From assembly GCA_017792465.1 (NCBI GenBank), contig CP051234.1, positions 226,606 to 250,605 on the forward strand: a stretch of 24,000 nt of DNA, read 5' to 3'. Position numbers and translations under genes: made by a program. This document shows, in pieces, positions 15,668 to 22,727 of the stretch. The first letter of the stretch is position 1. Each line of letters begins with the position of its first letter. The notes under the pieces were generated by a model. That model was not told the origin of the DNA. It made no database searches and saw nothing but the letters and a program-made list of their open reading frames with translations. The DNA is from Filomicrobium sp. (GTDB lineage Bacteria > Pseudomonadota > Alphaproteobacteria > Rhizobiales > Hyphomicrobiaceae).

Positions 15668-16489
15668 ATGCGATTGTTATTTCTCGGCGACATTGTCGGT
15701 AAGTCGGGACGGAACGCCGTTATTGAAACGTTGCCTGACCTTCGCGAGCGTTGGGCCCTCGATTTCGTGATCATCAATGGCGAGAATTCTGCCGGCGGGT
15801 TCGGGATTACCGAAAAGATTTTCAATGAGTTGCTCGATGCCGGCGCGGATGCGGTGACGCTTGGCAATCACGCCTTCGATCAGAAGGAAACGCTCGTCTA
15901 TATCGAACGCCAGGATCGGTTGATCCGTCCGGTGAATTTCCCGCCGGGAACGCCGGGACGAGGGGCAGGCTTGTACGAAGCGCGCAACGGGGCACAGGTT
16001 CTCGTCATGAACGCGATGGGCCGCGTCTACATGCATGAGCTCGACTGTCCGTTCCGTGCGGTTGAACAGGAACTGCTGACGTGTCCGCTGGGGACGGGTG
16101 CGGATGCGATCGTGATCGATTTTCACGCCGAGGCGACCAGCGAAAAGCAGGCGTTCGGCTACTTTGCCGATGGTCGGGCTAGTCTGGTGGTCGGGACCCA
16201 CACGCATACCCCGACTTCGGATGAGCGTATTTTGCCAGGCGGGACGGCCTACATGAGCGATGCCGGCATGTGTGGTGACTACAACTCTGTTTTGGGTATG
16301 TCCAAGGATGAGCCGCTGCACCGGTTCCTGGCGCGCATTCCCAAAGAGCGTTTCGAGCCTGCCAACGGACCGGCGACCCTTTCAGGTATTGCGGTCGACA
16401 TCGACGACAAGACGGGGCTGGCAAAGCAGGTTCGGTCCATCCGGATCGGCGGTTGCCTTTCGCAGTCTGAGCCCGATTTCTGGGCCTAG
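15668..16489 (+). CDS. YmdB-like metallophosphoesterase (TIGR00282 family, 2',3'-cyclic-nucleotide phosphodiesterase-like)
   Basis: The N-terminus is MRLLFLGDIVGKSGR and is followed by DFVIINGENSAGGFGIT, TLGNHAFD and GTHTHTPT.DERILP.GTAY..D.GMCG. The length is 273 aa. Confidence 0.9.
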   Translation: MRLLFLGDIVGKSGRNAVIETLPDLRERWALDFVIINGENSAGGFGITEKIFNELLDAGADAVTLGNHAFDQKETLVYIERQDRLIRPVNFPPGTPGRGAGLYEARNGAQVLVMNAMGRVYMHELDCPFRAVEQELLTCPLGTGADAIVIDFHAEATSEKQAFGYFADGRASLVVGTHTHTPTSDERILPGGTAYMSDAGMCGDYNSVLGMSKDEPLHRFLARIPKERFEPANGPATLSGIAVDIDDKTGLAKQVRSIRIGGCLSQSEPDFWA

Positions 16490-16611
16490 CTTTTGGCGCT
16501 CAACGGGATCTCTTTGCAGCCGTGTCTTGACCTCTGGCGGTCGGGTCGCGCAAAACGTGGCCCCGAACGACACTACGCAATCGACGCAGAGCGCTAAAGA
16601 AGGCAGACACG

Positions 16612-17361
16612 ATGGCCGGGCATTCCAAATTCAAGAACATCATGCATCGCAAGGGCAAGCAGGACAAAGCCCGCGCCAAGGTGTTCACCAAGATCGCCCG
16701 CGAGATCACGCTGGCGGCCAAGAATGGCCTGCCGGACCCTACGGCGAACCCGAAGCTGCGCCTGGCGCTGCAGGCTGCGCGTGCGGAAAACATGCCCAAG
16801 GACAACATCGAGCGCGCCATCAAGAAGGCGACCGGGGCGGATGCGGAGGACATCGAACCGATCCGCTATGAAGGCTACGCGCCAGGTGGTGTTGCGCTCA
16901 TCGTCGAGACGCTGACGGATAACCGCAACCGGACAGGCGCCGCCGTCCGTGCCGCCTTCTCCAAGCATGGCGGCAATCTGGGTTCGACGGGTTCGGTCGC
17001 GCATATGTTCGATCATGTCGGTGAGATCGTCTATCCGGTGGAGGCCGGAGATGCCGACAAGATCCTCGAAGCCGCGATCGAGGCGGGTGCAGACGACGCA
17101 CAGTCCGACGATGAGGGACACCTGATCACGACGAGCTTTGATAATCTTGGAACGGTTGCGGGTGCGCTGGAAGAGGCGCTGGGCGAAGCTGAAACCGTCA
17201 AGGACGTTTGGCGGCCGAATCTCACGACCGAGGTCGATGAAGATAACGCGACGACGATCCTGAAGTTGATCGAAGTCCTCGAAGATGACGATGACGTGCA
17301 GAACGTCTTCGCCAATTTCGATATCTCGGACGAGATCATGGCCAAGCTGGCGGAAGCCTAA
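16612..17361 (+). CDS. yebC: YebC/PmpR family DNA-binding transcriptional regulator
   Basis: The N-terminus is [37 protein letters not shown], followed by [24 protein letters not shown] and [11 protein letters not shown]. An AAGAAGG SD is present. Confidence 0.95.
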   Translation: MAGHSKFKNIMHRKGKQDKARAKVFTKIAREITLAAKNGLPDPTANPKLRLALQAARAENMPKDNIERAIKKATGADAEDIEPIRYEGYAPGGVALIVETLTDNRNRTGAAVRAAFSKHGGNLGSTGSVAHMFDHVGEIVYPVEAGDADKILEAAIEAGADDAQSDDEGHLITTSFDNLGTVAGALEEALGEAETVKDVWRPNLTTEVDEDNATTILKLIEVLEDDDDVQNVFANFDISDEIMAKLAEA

Positions 17362-17456
17362 GCTCTAGCTTTCCCGCCGCTTAATCCGTTTTTGCTGCAG
17401 GCTTGAGGCATTCGAGTGCCAGCACATGGCGCGCGAATCGCTTAACCGTGGTTGCC

Positions 17457-18032
17457 ATGGCGGATCAGAGACTTGTCAGAATTATCGGGATCGATCCCGG
17501 GCTGCGGCGCACGGGCTGGGGCATTGTCGAAAGCGACGGTGTGCGGCTGACTTATGTCGCCTCAGGCCATGTCGCCTCGCAGGCCGATACCGATCTTGCC
17601 TACCGGTTGCGCGAAATCTTCGAGGGCGTCTCCAGCGTCATCGCCAGTTTCACGCCACGCGAGGCGGCCATCGAAGAAACGTTCGTCAACGACAACGCGC
17701 GGGCAACGTTGAAGCTCGGTCAGGCGCGCGGAATGGCGCTGCTTGCTCCGGCCATGAAGGGGTTGCGGGTAGCAGAATACTCGCCGAACCTGATCAAGAA
17801 ATCGGTGGTTGGGACGGGGCACGCCGACAAGAAGCAGATCCAGGCGATGGTCGGCCTGTTGCTGCCTCGCGCCAAGTTCGACAGTGCGGATGAAGCCGAT
17901 GCGCTGGCGATTGCAATTTGCCATGCCAATCACCGAACCGGTCCGCATGCGCAAGCGGCCGCAACGGCTGGCAATGGTTCCAAGCCATCGCGCGCCAGGC
18001 GGGTTCAGAAAGTTCGCCTCTCGGGTCGCTGA
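17457..18032 (+). CDS. ruvC: Crossover junction endodeoxyribonuclease RuvC
   Basis: The track ORF starts at 17403. ATG 17457 gives [25 protein letters not shown]..., with [20 protein letters not shown] and [15 protein letters not shown] basic C-terminal tail of about 30 aa extends beyond the usual end of the domain. Confidence 0.9.
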   Translation: MADQRLVRIIGIDPGLRRTGWGIVESDGVRLTYVASGHVASQADTDLAYRLREIFEGVSSVIASFTPREAAIEETFVNDNARATLKLGQARGMALLAPAMKGLRVAEYSPNLIKKSVVGTGHADKKQIQAMVGLLLPRAKFDSADEADALAIAICHANHRTGPHAQAAATAGNGSKPSRARRVQKVRLSGR

Positions 18033-18065
18033 ACAGTTCTTATCTCTTGCAGACCCTGCTTCCGC

Positions 18066-18515
18066 TCAGCACTGCAGCGCATCGATCAGGCGCGAGGTTG
18101 CCATTGGTTTCGGCAGGCCCGGAGCGGTGGCGTGGATCGTGCCATCGGGCGAGGCGATCACCAAGAGCGGTTCGTCGGTGCTCGGCGTCTCGGAGATTTC
18201 CAGCCAACGGCGGCGATCCTGCCAGAGGACGGCGGTATCCTGAATGAGATCATCGTCGCCGATTTCGAGACGCAGGTTCCATTCGGTCAGATGCCTACGC
18301 CAGGGTGGGACTTCGTCGATCAGGATGAGGGTGTAGAAGCCTGCTCCGGGTTGGCCGGCGAGGTGCTGGCGTAAAACGGAGTGCCAGGGCGGCACGGCGA
18401 GGAGGTGGCTTTTGTCAAACACTATCAGCACGGCATTGCGCGCGCCGGTGAAATCATCCGGCACGCGGACATCCAGCCCTTGAAGCGTGTGTGCGGGTGT
18501 TGAAGGTAGTCGCAT
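18066..18515 (-). CDS. Hypothetical cytoplasmic protein, on the opposite strand between ruvC and ruvA
   Basis: The track ORF is 18066..18599 (TTG start). An internal ATG at 18515 gives MRLPSTPAHTLQGLDVRVPDDFTGARNAVLIVFDKSH.... Neither start has a clear SD. Third-codon positions are strongly G/C-biased, like the neighbouring genes, which supports real coding. I recognised no family motif. Confidence 0.55.
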   Translation of the reverse strand: MRLPSTPAHTLQGLDVRVPDDFTGARNAVLIVFDKSHLLAVPPWHSVLRQHLAGQPGAGFYTLILIDEVPPWRRHLTEWNLRLEIGDDDLIQDTAVLWQDRRRWLEISETPSTDEPLLVIASPDGTIHATAPGLPKPMATSRLIDALQC

Positions 18516-18637
18516 GGGCGGCAATGTCTGGTGATTGCATGGTCGGGTCAAATGCCCGGTGGTCGCGGTCTCAGCCGGGCGGATTAGAATAGCCCTCAAT
18601 CGATTCGATATTTTGGCGAAAAATCAGCGGGGTTGCG

Positions 18638-19267
18638 ATGATCGGCAAATTGCGCGGCAAGGTCGATGCCATCGGAGAAAGCGTCGTCATCCTGGATGTC
18701 GGGGGCGTGGGCTATGAAGTCCAGGCTTCGGCGCGGACGTTGCGTTCGCTGCAGCTTGGCGAAGAGGCGAGCCTGACCATCGATACGCACGTGCGCGAAG
18801 ATGCGATCCGGCTTTATGGGTTCGCGACCGAGGTCGAGCGCAGTTGGTTTCGCACGCTGCAGACGATCCAGGGCGTCGGGGCCAAGGTGGCGCTGGCGGT
18901 GCTTGGGATCTTATCGCCCAACGATCTGGCAAGCGCCATTGCGCTCGGTAACTGGCAGGCCGTCGAGCAGACGCCAGGGGTCGGCAAAAAGATCGCACAG
19001 CGGATCGTCGCCGAGTTGAAAGACAAGGCGCCGGGGCTGGCGATTGCCGGAGTCGGGGGAGGCGATGCGTCCGCTTCAGCTGTTGCGGATGCGGGCGTTG
19101 CCTCCGAGCATTCGAATGCCGCGGCAGAAGCGATCTCGGCTTTGACGAATCTTGGGTATCAGCCGGTTGAGGCGGCGCGGGCGGTGGCGACGGCTGCGAA
19201 GGAGCTGGGCGAGGATGCCGATACCGCGCAACTGATCCGCCGCGGCTTGAAGGCGCTGAGCAGCTAA
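18638..19267 (+). CDS. ruvA: Holliday junction branch migration complex subunit RuvA
   Basis: The N-terminus is [28 protein letters not shown], followed by [25 protein letters not shown], the helix-hairpin-helix [16 protein letters not shown], and C-terminal domain III (AL.NLGY....A..AV). Confidence 0.95.
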   Translation: MIGKLRGKVDAIGESVVILDVGGVGYEVQASARTLRSLQLGEEASLTIDTHVREDAIRLYGFATEVERSWFRTLQTIQGVGAKVALAVLGILSPNDLASAIALGNWQAVEQTPGVGKKIAQRIVAELKDKAPGLAIAGVGGGDASASAVADAGVASEHSNAAAEAISALTNLGYQPVEAARAVATAAKELGEDADTAQLIRRGLKALSS

Positions 19268-19409
19268 CGGTCCTGTAAGCCAAGATATCATTGTCGCGAG
19301 GCGGCGGCGCATCGAAGGGCGCCTTGCAAGTCTTAGTTGCGGCGCTCTGATGCTCTAAAGCGCGTTGGCGCGCTGAACTCAATTACGACCCAAATAACAG
19401 GGGGAAGCC

Positions 19410-19898
19410 ATGCCGATGAAGAAGAAGGTCCGCAAGAAGGCGGCTCCGAAACTCGCCGTTGTTGGCGCTGAGAAGGATGACGGACCGAGCGGCTGGAGCC
19501 GGGCGATGTGGGTGTTTCTCGGCTACATGCTCGTCGGGCCGTTCTTTGCCGGGCTGGCGGTTGCGGCGGCGCTGATCGTCGGGCCTCTCATCGGCATGCA
19601 GGCGTGGTTGCCTGATCCGTTGCCGGAACCCGGACCGGCAGCGATTGCAGCCTATGTCTGGGCCGCGGTCCCTTCGGCGCTGGCGGCGATCATCGTGTTG
19701 CCGCGCGTTATCAAACATGGCCGCTTCAGTTGGATTGAAGCGGCGGCGGCGGGTGTCGTCGGCTTTGGTTCGGTGAGCGTCTTCACCGGCGTTCCCGCGC
19801 GCGAATTGCTGGCGGGCTTATCGTTTGTGGCAGGGATCGTGTCGATCCTGGTGCAGCAGGCGATGGAAGCCGGCGGCATCATCAAGAAGGCGGAGTAG
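19410..19898 (+). CDS. Small integral membrane protein (about 4 TM), unknown function
   Basis: An AGGGGGAAG SD precedes ATG 19410. The N-terminus is Lys-rich (MPMKKKVRKKAAPK). Hydrophobic helices follow: AMWVFLGYMLVGPFFAGLAVAAALIVGPLI, AAIAAYVWAAVPSALAAIIVL, WIEAAAAGVVGFGSVSVF and LLAGLSFVAGIVSILV. Confidence 0.6.
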   Translation: MPMKKKVRKKAAPKLAVVGAEKDDGPSGWSRAMWVFLGYMLVGPFFAGLAVAAALIVGPLIGMQAWLPDPLPEPGPAAIAAYVWAAVPSALAAIIVLPRVIKHGRFSWIEAAAAGVVGFGSVSVFTGVPARELLAGLSFVAGIVSILVQQAMEAGGIIKKAE

Positions 19899-19903
19899 GG
19901 CGG

Positions 19904-20389
19904 TTGCGCTTCGCGTTGGTGGTTTTGACGTTCCTGCTGCTCGGTCCTCCGATTGGCGGGTTCTTGATGATGTTACCTGGGATCGTCGGATCGATTGTGT
20001 TCAGTTCGCCGAGCGATTGGACTTTTCCCAATGGCGGTATCGTAATCTTGGAGGAGATCGCCGGCTTCTTTCTGATCGTTGCAGTGTTTTCATTCATTTT
20101 CGGCGGTGTGGCGGCGTTTCTTTGCGGTTTGTGGGTGGCTTGGAAGACGAGTGACGGTGGGTTTGTCGGCTACGGTCAGGTTCTCTTGGTCGGCGCGATT
20201 GCTGGAGTGATCGGCAATTTGGTGCTGTCACTTGTGCTTTTCTCGGCGGGTGAAAAGTCTTCACCGGCAAGCGATTTTGTCTGGATGTTCGTCTATATGG
20301 CGCCGCTGGGGGCTTTGTCTGGGATGGTGTGTCTGGCGCTGTGCCGCAGGTTAGGGCTGGTGGCTGCAGTTAGGACAGAGCTGAACTGA
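19904..20389 (+). CDS. Small integral membrane protein (about 4-5 TM), distant paralog of the preceding gene
   Basis: The TTG start lies 5 nt after the previous stop, with GGAG about 8 nt upstream, which suggests translational coupling. The hydrophobic helices are FALVVLTFLLLGPPIGGFLMMLPGIVGSIVF, IAGFFLIVAVFSFIFGGVAAFLCGLWVAW, VLLVGAIAGVIGNLVLSLVLF and FVWMFVYMAPLGALSGMVCLAL. Confidence 0.6.
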   Translation: MRFALVVLTFLLLGPPIGGFLMMLPGIVGSIVFSSPSDWTFPNGGIVILEEIAGFFLIVAVFSFIFGGVAAFLCGLWVAWKTSDGGFVGYGQVLLVGAIAGVIGNLVLSLVLFSAGEKSSPASDFVWMFVYMAPLGALSGMVCLALCRRLGLVAAVRTELN

Positions 20390-20401
20390 CCTCGATAATT
20401 T

Positions 20402-20477
20402 CGTCATCCCGGCGAAGGCCGGGATCTGTCCACGAAGCCGGGAACGAACACGGATCCCCGCCTGCGCGGGGATGACG
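20402..20477. repeat. REP doublet (REPIN-like): two inverted copies of a palindromic GC-rich unit
   Basis: The left unit is CGTCATCCCGGCGAAGGCCGGGAT (20402-20425), containing the hairpin ATCCCGGC/GCCGGGAT. The right unit is ATCCCCGCCTGCGCGGGGATGACG (20454-20477), containing the hairpin ATCCCCGC/GCGGGGAT. The outer ends CGTCATCC and GGATGACG are exact reverse complements. The element lies in the intergenic gap upstream of ruvB. Confidence 0.65.
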
Positions 20478-20503
20478 GATTAGGCAGCTGAGTGCATGGA
20501 GTG

Positions 20504-20525
20504 CCGCTGCATCGCAGCGGTTTCC
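20504..20525 (+). terminator. Weak terminator-like hairpin after the membrane-protein pair
   Basis: The hairpin is CCGCTGC-ATC-GCAGCGG (20504-20520), followed by TTTCC. The U-tract is short, so its function is uncertain. Confidence 0.3.
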
Positions 20526-20640
20526 GCTGTGATTTGCCCTTGGCTCTGTCGGAGGTTCGGGCTGGTGGCGAATTCGCGGGCGGTAACGTCATGATTGCAG
20601 TGGAAGTATTCTGCTCCGACTTGACGTTCCGCGCGAACAC

Positions 20641-21696
20641 ATGCACCACCAACTCATGATGGATGATGATCGGCTGGTGACATCGGAACGGCGCGAGGCG
20701 GATGAGCTTGAGGGCTCGATCCGGCCGCAGGCTCTTGATGATTTCATCGGGCAGGAGCAGGCGCGCGCCAACCTCAAGGTTTTCATCGAGGCGGCCAAGT
20801 CGCGCGGCGAGGCGCTCGATCACGTCTTGTTCGTCGGGCCGCCGGGGCTTGGAAAGACGACGCTGTCGCAGATCATGTCGAAGGAATTGGGGGTCGGCTT
20901 CCGGGCAACGTCGGGGCCGGTGATCTCCAAAGCCGGTGATCTGGCGGCCCTTCTGACCAACCTCGAAGATCGCGACGTCCTCTTCATCGACGAAATCCAC
21001 CGGCTCAATCCGGCGGTTGAAGAGATCCTTTATCCGGCGATGGAGGATTTCCAGCTCGACCTCATCATCGGGGAAGGACCGGCCGCGCGCTCCGTGCGGA
21101 TCGATCTGGCGAAGTTCACGCTGGTCGGGGCTACGACACGCGCTGGGCTTTTGACAACGCCGCTGCGCGACCGCTTCGGTATTCCGATCCGGCTCAATTT
21201 CTACACCGTCGAAGAACTGCAGTTTGTCGTTGAACGCGGTGCGCGGGTGCTGGGTGCGCCGATGGCGGCAGACGGAGCGCGCGAGATCGCTCGCCGTGCG
21301 CGGGGTACGCCGCGTATCGCCGGGCGGCTGTTACGGCGCGTGCGGGACTTCGCGGCCGTTGCCAATGCCGAAAGCATCACGGCTGAGGTGGCCGACAAGG
21401 CGCTTCGGATGCTGGAAGTCGACAACGAGGGGCTCGATGCGCTCGATCACCGATATTTGAACTGTATCGCGCGCAATTACGACGGTGGGCCAGTTGGCAT
21501 TGAGACGATGGCTGCGGCACTGTCCGAGCCGCGTGATGCGCTCGAAGAGATCGTCGAGCCTTACCTGTTGCAACAGGGCTTTATCGGCCGGACCCCACGG
21601 GGTCGCGTCTTAACGCTGAAGGCCTATCGCCACCTAGGAATTTCTGGCGGCCCCAAAAGCGCCCCAGAAGAATTGCCGTTGTTTGATGACCCCTAA
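20641..21696 (+). CDS. ruvB: Holliday junction branch migration DNA helicase RuvB
   Basis: The features present are [14 protein letters not shown], Walker [11 protein letters not shown], Walker [11 protein letters not shown], sensor [33 protein letters not shown] and the C-terminal EPYL.Q.GF..RTPRGR. The start could instead be ATG 20656 or 20659 (MMDDDRLVT). No clear SD precedes any of the three candidates. Confidence 0.95.
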   Translation: MHHQLMMDDDRLVTSERREADELEGSIRPQALDDFIGQEQARANLKVFIEAAKSRGEALDHVLFVGPPGLGKTTLSQIMSKELGVGFRATSGPVISKAGDLAALLTNLEDRDVLFIDEIHRLNPAVEEILYPAMEDFQLDLIIGEGPAARSVRIDLAKFTLVGATTRAGLLTTPLRDRFGIPIRLNFYTVEELQFVVERGARVLGAPMAADGAREIARRARGTPRIAGRLLRRVRDFAAVANAESITAEVADKALRMLEVDNEGLDALDHRYLNCIARNYDGGPVGIETMAAALSEPRDALEEIVEPYLLQQGFIGRTPRGRVLTLKAYRHLGISGGPKSAPEELPLFDDP

Positions 21697-21776
21697 GGGC
21701 CGACGCGTTTGGGATCCCTTGCACGGATTTTGCTTAACCATCTGAACGTCAAACAAGATTTGAGGCACTTCGTTTC

Positions 21777-22727
21777 GTGATTTCACGTCGCACATTCTTA
21801 AAGGGCTTCCTGGCGCTGTCGGCGACGGGCGCCACATTTGGCGGGTATGCGCTGGCTGAACCGTTCCGGATGCGGGTGACGCGCTATCAGCTTACCCCAC
21901 CGGGATGGCCTGAAGGATTGCGCGTTAAGCTTGCAGTACTTGCCGATCTGCACGTCATCGAGCCGTGGATGGGATTGTCCCGACTGTCCCAGATTGTGGC
22001 GCGGACGAACGCCCTTAATCCCGATGCGGTCCTGCTGCTAGGCGATTATGTGCCCAGTTACGGCATGAAGAAGTGGGCCCGTCGGGTTGGCGGCCGCGCG
22101 GTCGGGCATGACGAATGGGCTGGCGTGCTTGGTCAATTGCAGGCGCCTTACGGCGTTCATGCGGTGCTTGGCAATCACGATTGGTGGGAAGAAGAAAGCG
22201 TCCAGGATCGGCGCGCGGGGCCGACGCTTGCGGGCGCGGCGCTTGAGCGGGCGGGGATCAATCTGCATGAGAATACCGCCATCCGCTTCGACAAAGAGGG
22301 GCAAGGGTTTTGGATCGCCGGACTTGGCGACCAATGGTCGTTTTACAAGATCAAGGATCCCACTTGCGGCTGCTATGTCGGGGTTGACGATGCTCCCCTT
22401 CTGGCGCGCCGGATTACCGACGATGCGCCGGTTGTGCTGATGGCGCACGAACCTGATTTCTTCGCCGATATGGGAGAGCTTAAGGACCGTGTTTCGCTGA
22501 CAATCAGCGGTCACACGCATGGCGGTCAGGTGACGTTCATGGGTTATCGGCCCGTCGTGCCCTCGCGCTATGGCGACCGCTATGCCTACGGGCACATTGT
22601 CGAAGACGGGCGCAATCTGATTGTCTCGGGTGGACTTGGCTGCTCGGGCCTGCCCATTCGCTTTGGCGCGCCGCCTGAGATCGTGATGATTGAACTTGGC
22701 GGAGAGGGTGAAGGGGCTGTGGCTTGA
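21777..22727 (+). CDS. Tat-signal metallophosphoesterase, YkuE/YaeI-like (COG1408 type), copy 1
   Basis: The start is GTG. The N-terminus MISRRTFLKGFLALSATGATFGGYALA/EP matches the twin-arginine consensus S-R-R-x-F-L-K, followed by an h-region and A-x-A. All calcineurin-like motifs are present: [25 protein letters not shown] and SGHTHGGQV. Confidence 0.85.
   Translation: MISRRTFLKGFLALSATGATFGGYALAEPFRMRVTRYQLTPPGWPEGLRVKLAVLADLHVIEPWMGLSRLSQIVARTNALNPDAVLLLGDYVPSYGMKKWARRVGGRAVGHDEWAGVLGQLQAPYGVHAVLGNHDWWEEESVQDRRAGPTLAGAALERAGINLHENTAIRFDKEGQGFWIAGLGDQWSFYKIKDPTCGCYVGVDDAPLLARRITDDAPVVLMAHEPDFFADMGELKDRVSLTISGHTHGGQVTFMGYRPVVPSRYGDRYAYGHIVEDGRNLIVSGGLGCSGLPIRFGAPPEIVMIELGGEGEGAVA

Noticed and set aside
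18687-19382. A 231-aa ORF on the minus strand.
   Set aside because: It is antisense to ruvA. Its Pro/Arg/Ser-rich composition is typical of the wrong frame in GC-rich DNA.
20626-20638. GTTCCGCGCGAAC upstream of ruvB as a possible LexA (SOS) box. I also looked upstream of ruvC and ruvA.
   Set aside because: As I recall it, the alphaproteobacterial LexA site is a direct repeat, GTTC-N7-GTTC. This sequence is an inverted GTTC-N5-GAAC. No direct-repeat match was seen upstream of any ruv gene.
20404-21000. A 198-aa ORF on the minus strand.
   Set aside because: It is antisense to the 5' part of ruvB, and its C-terminal end is translated from the REP doublet. It is not a gene.
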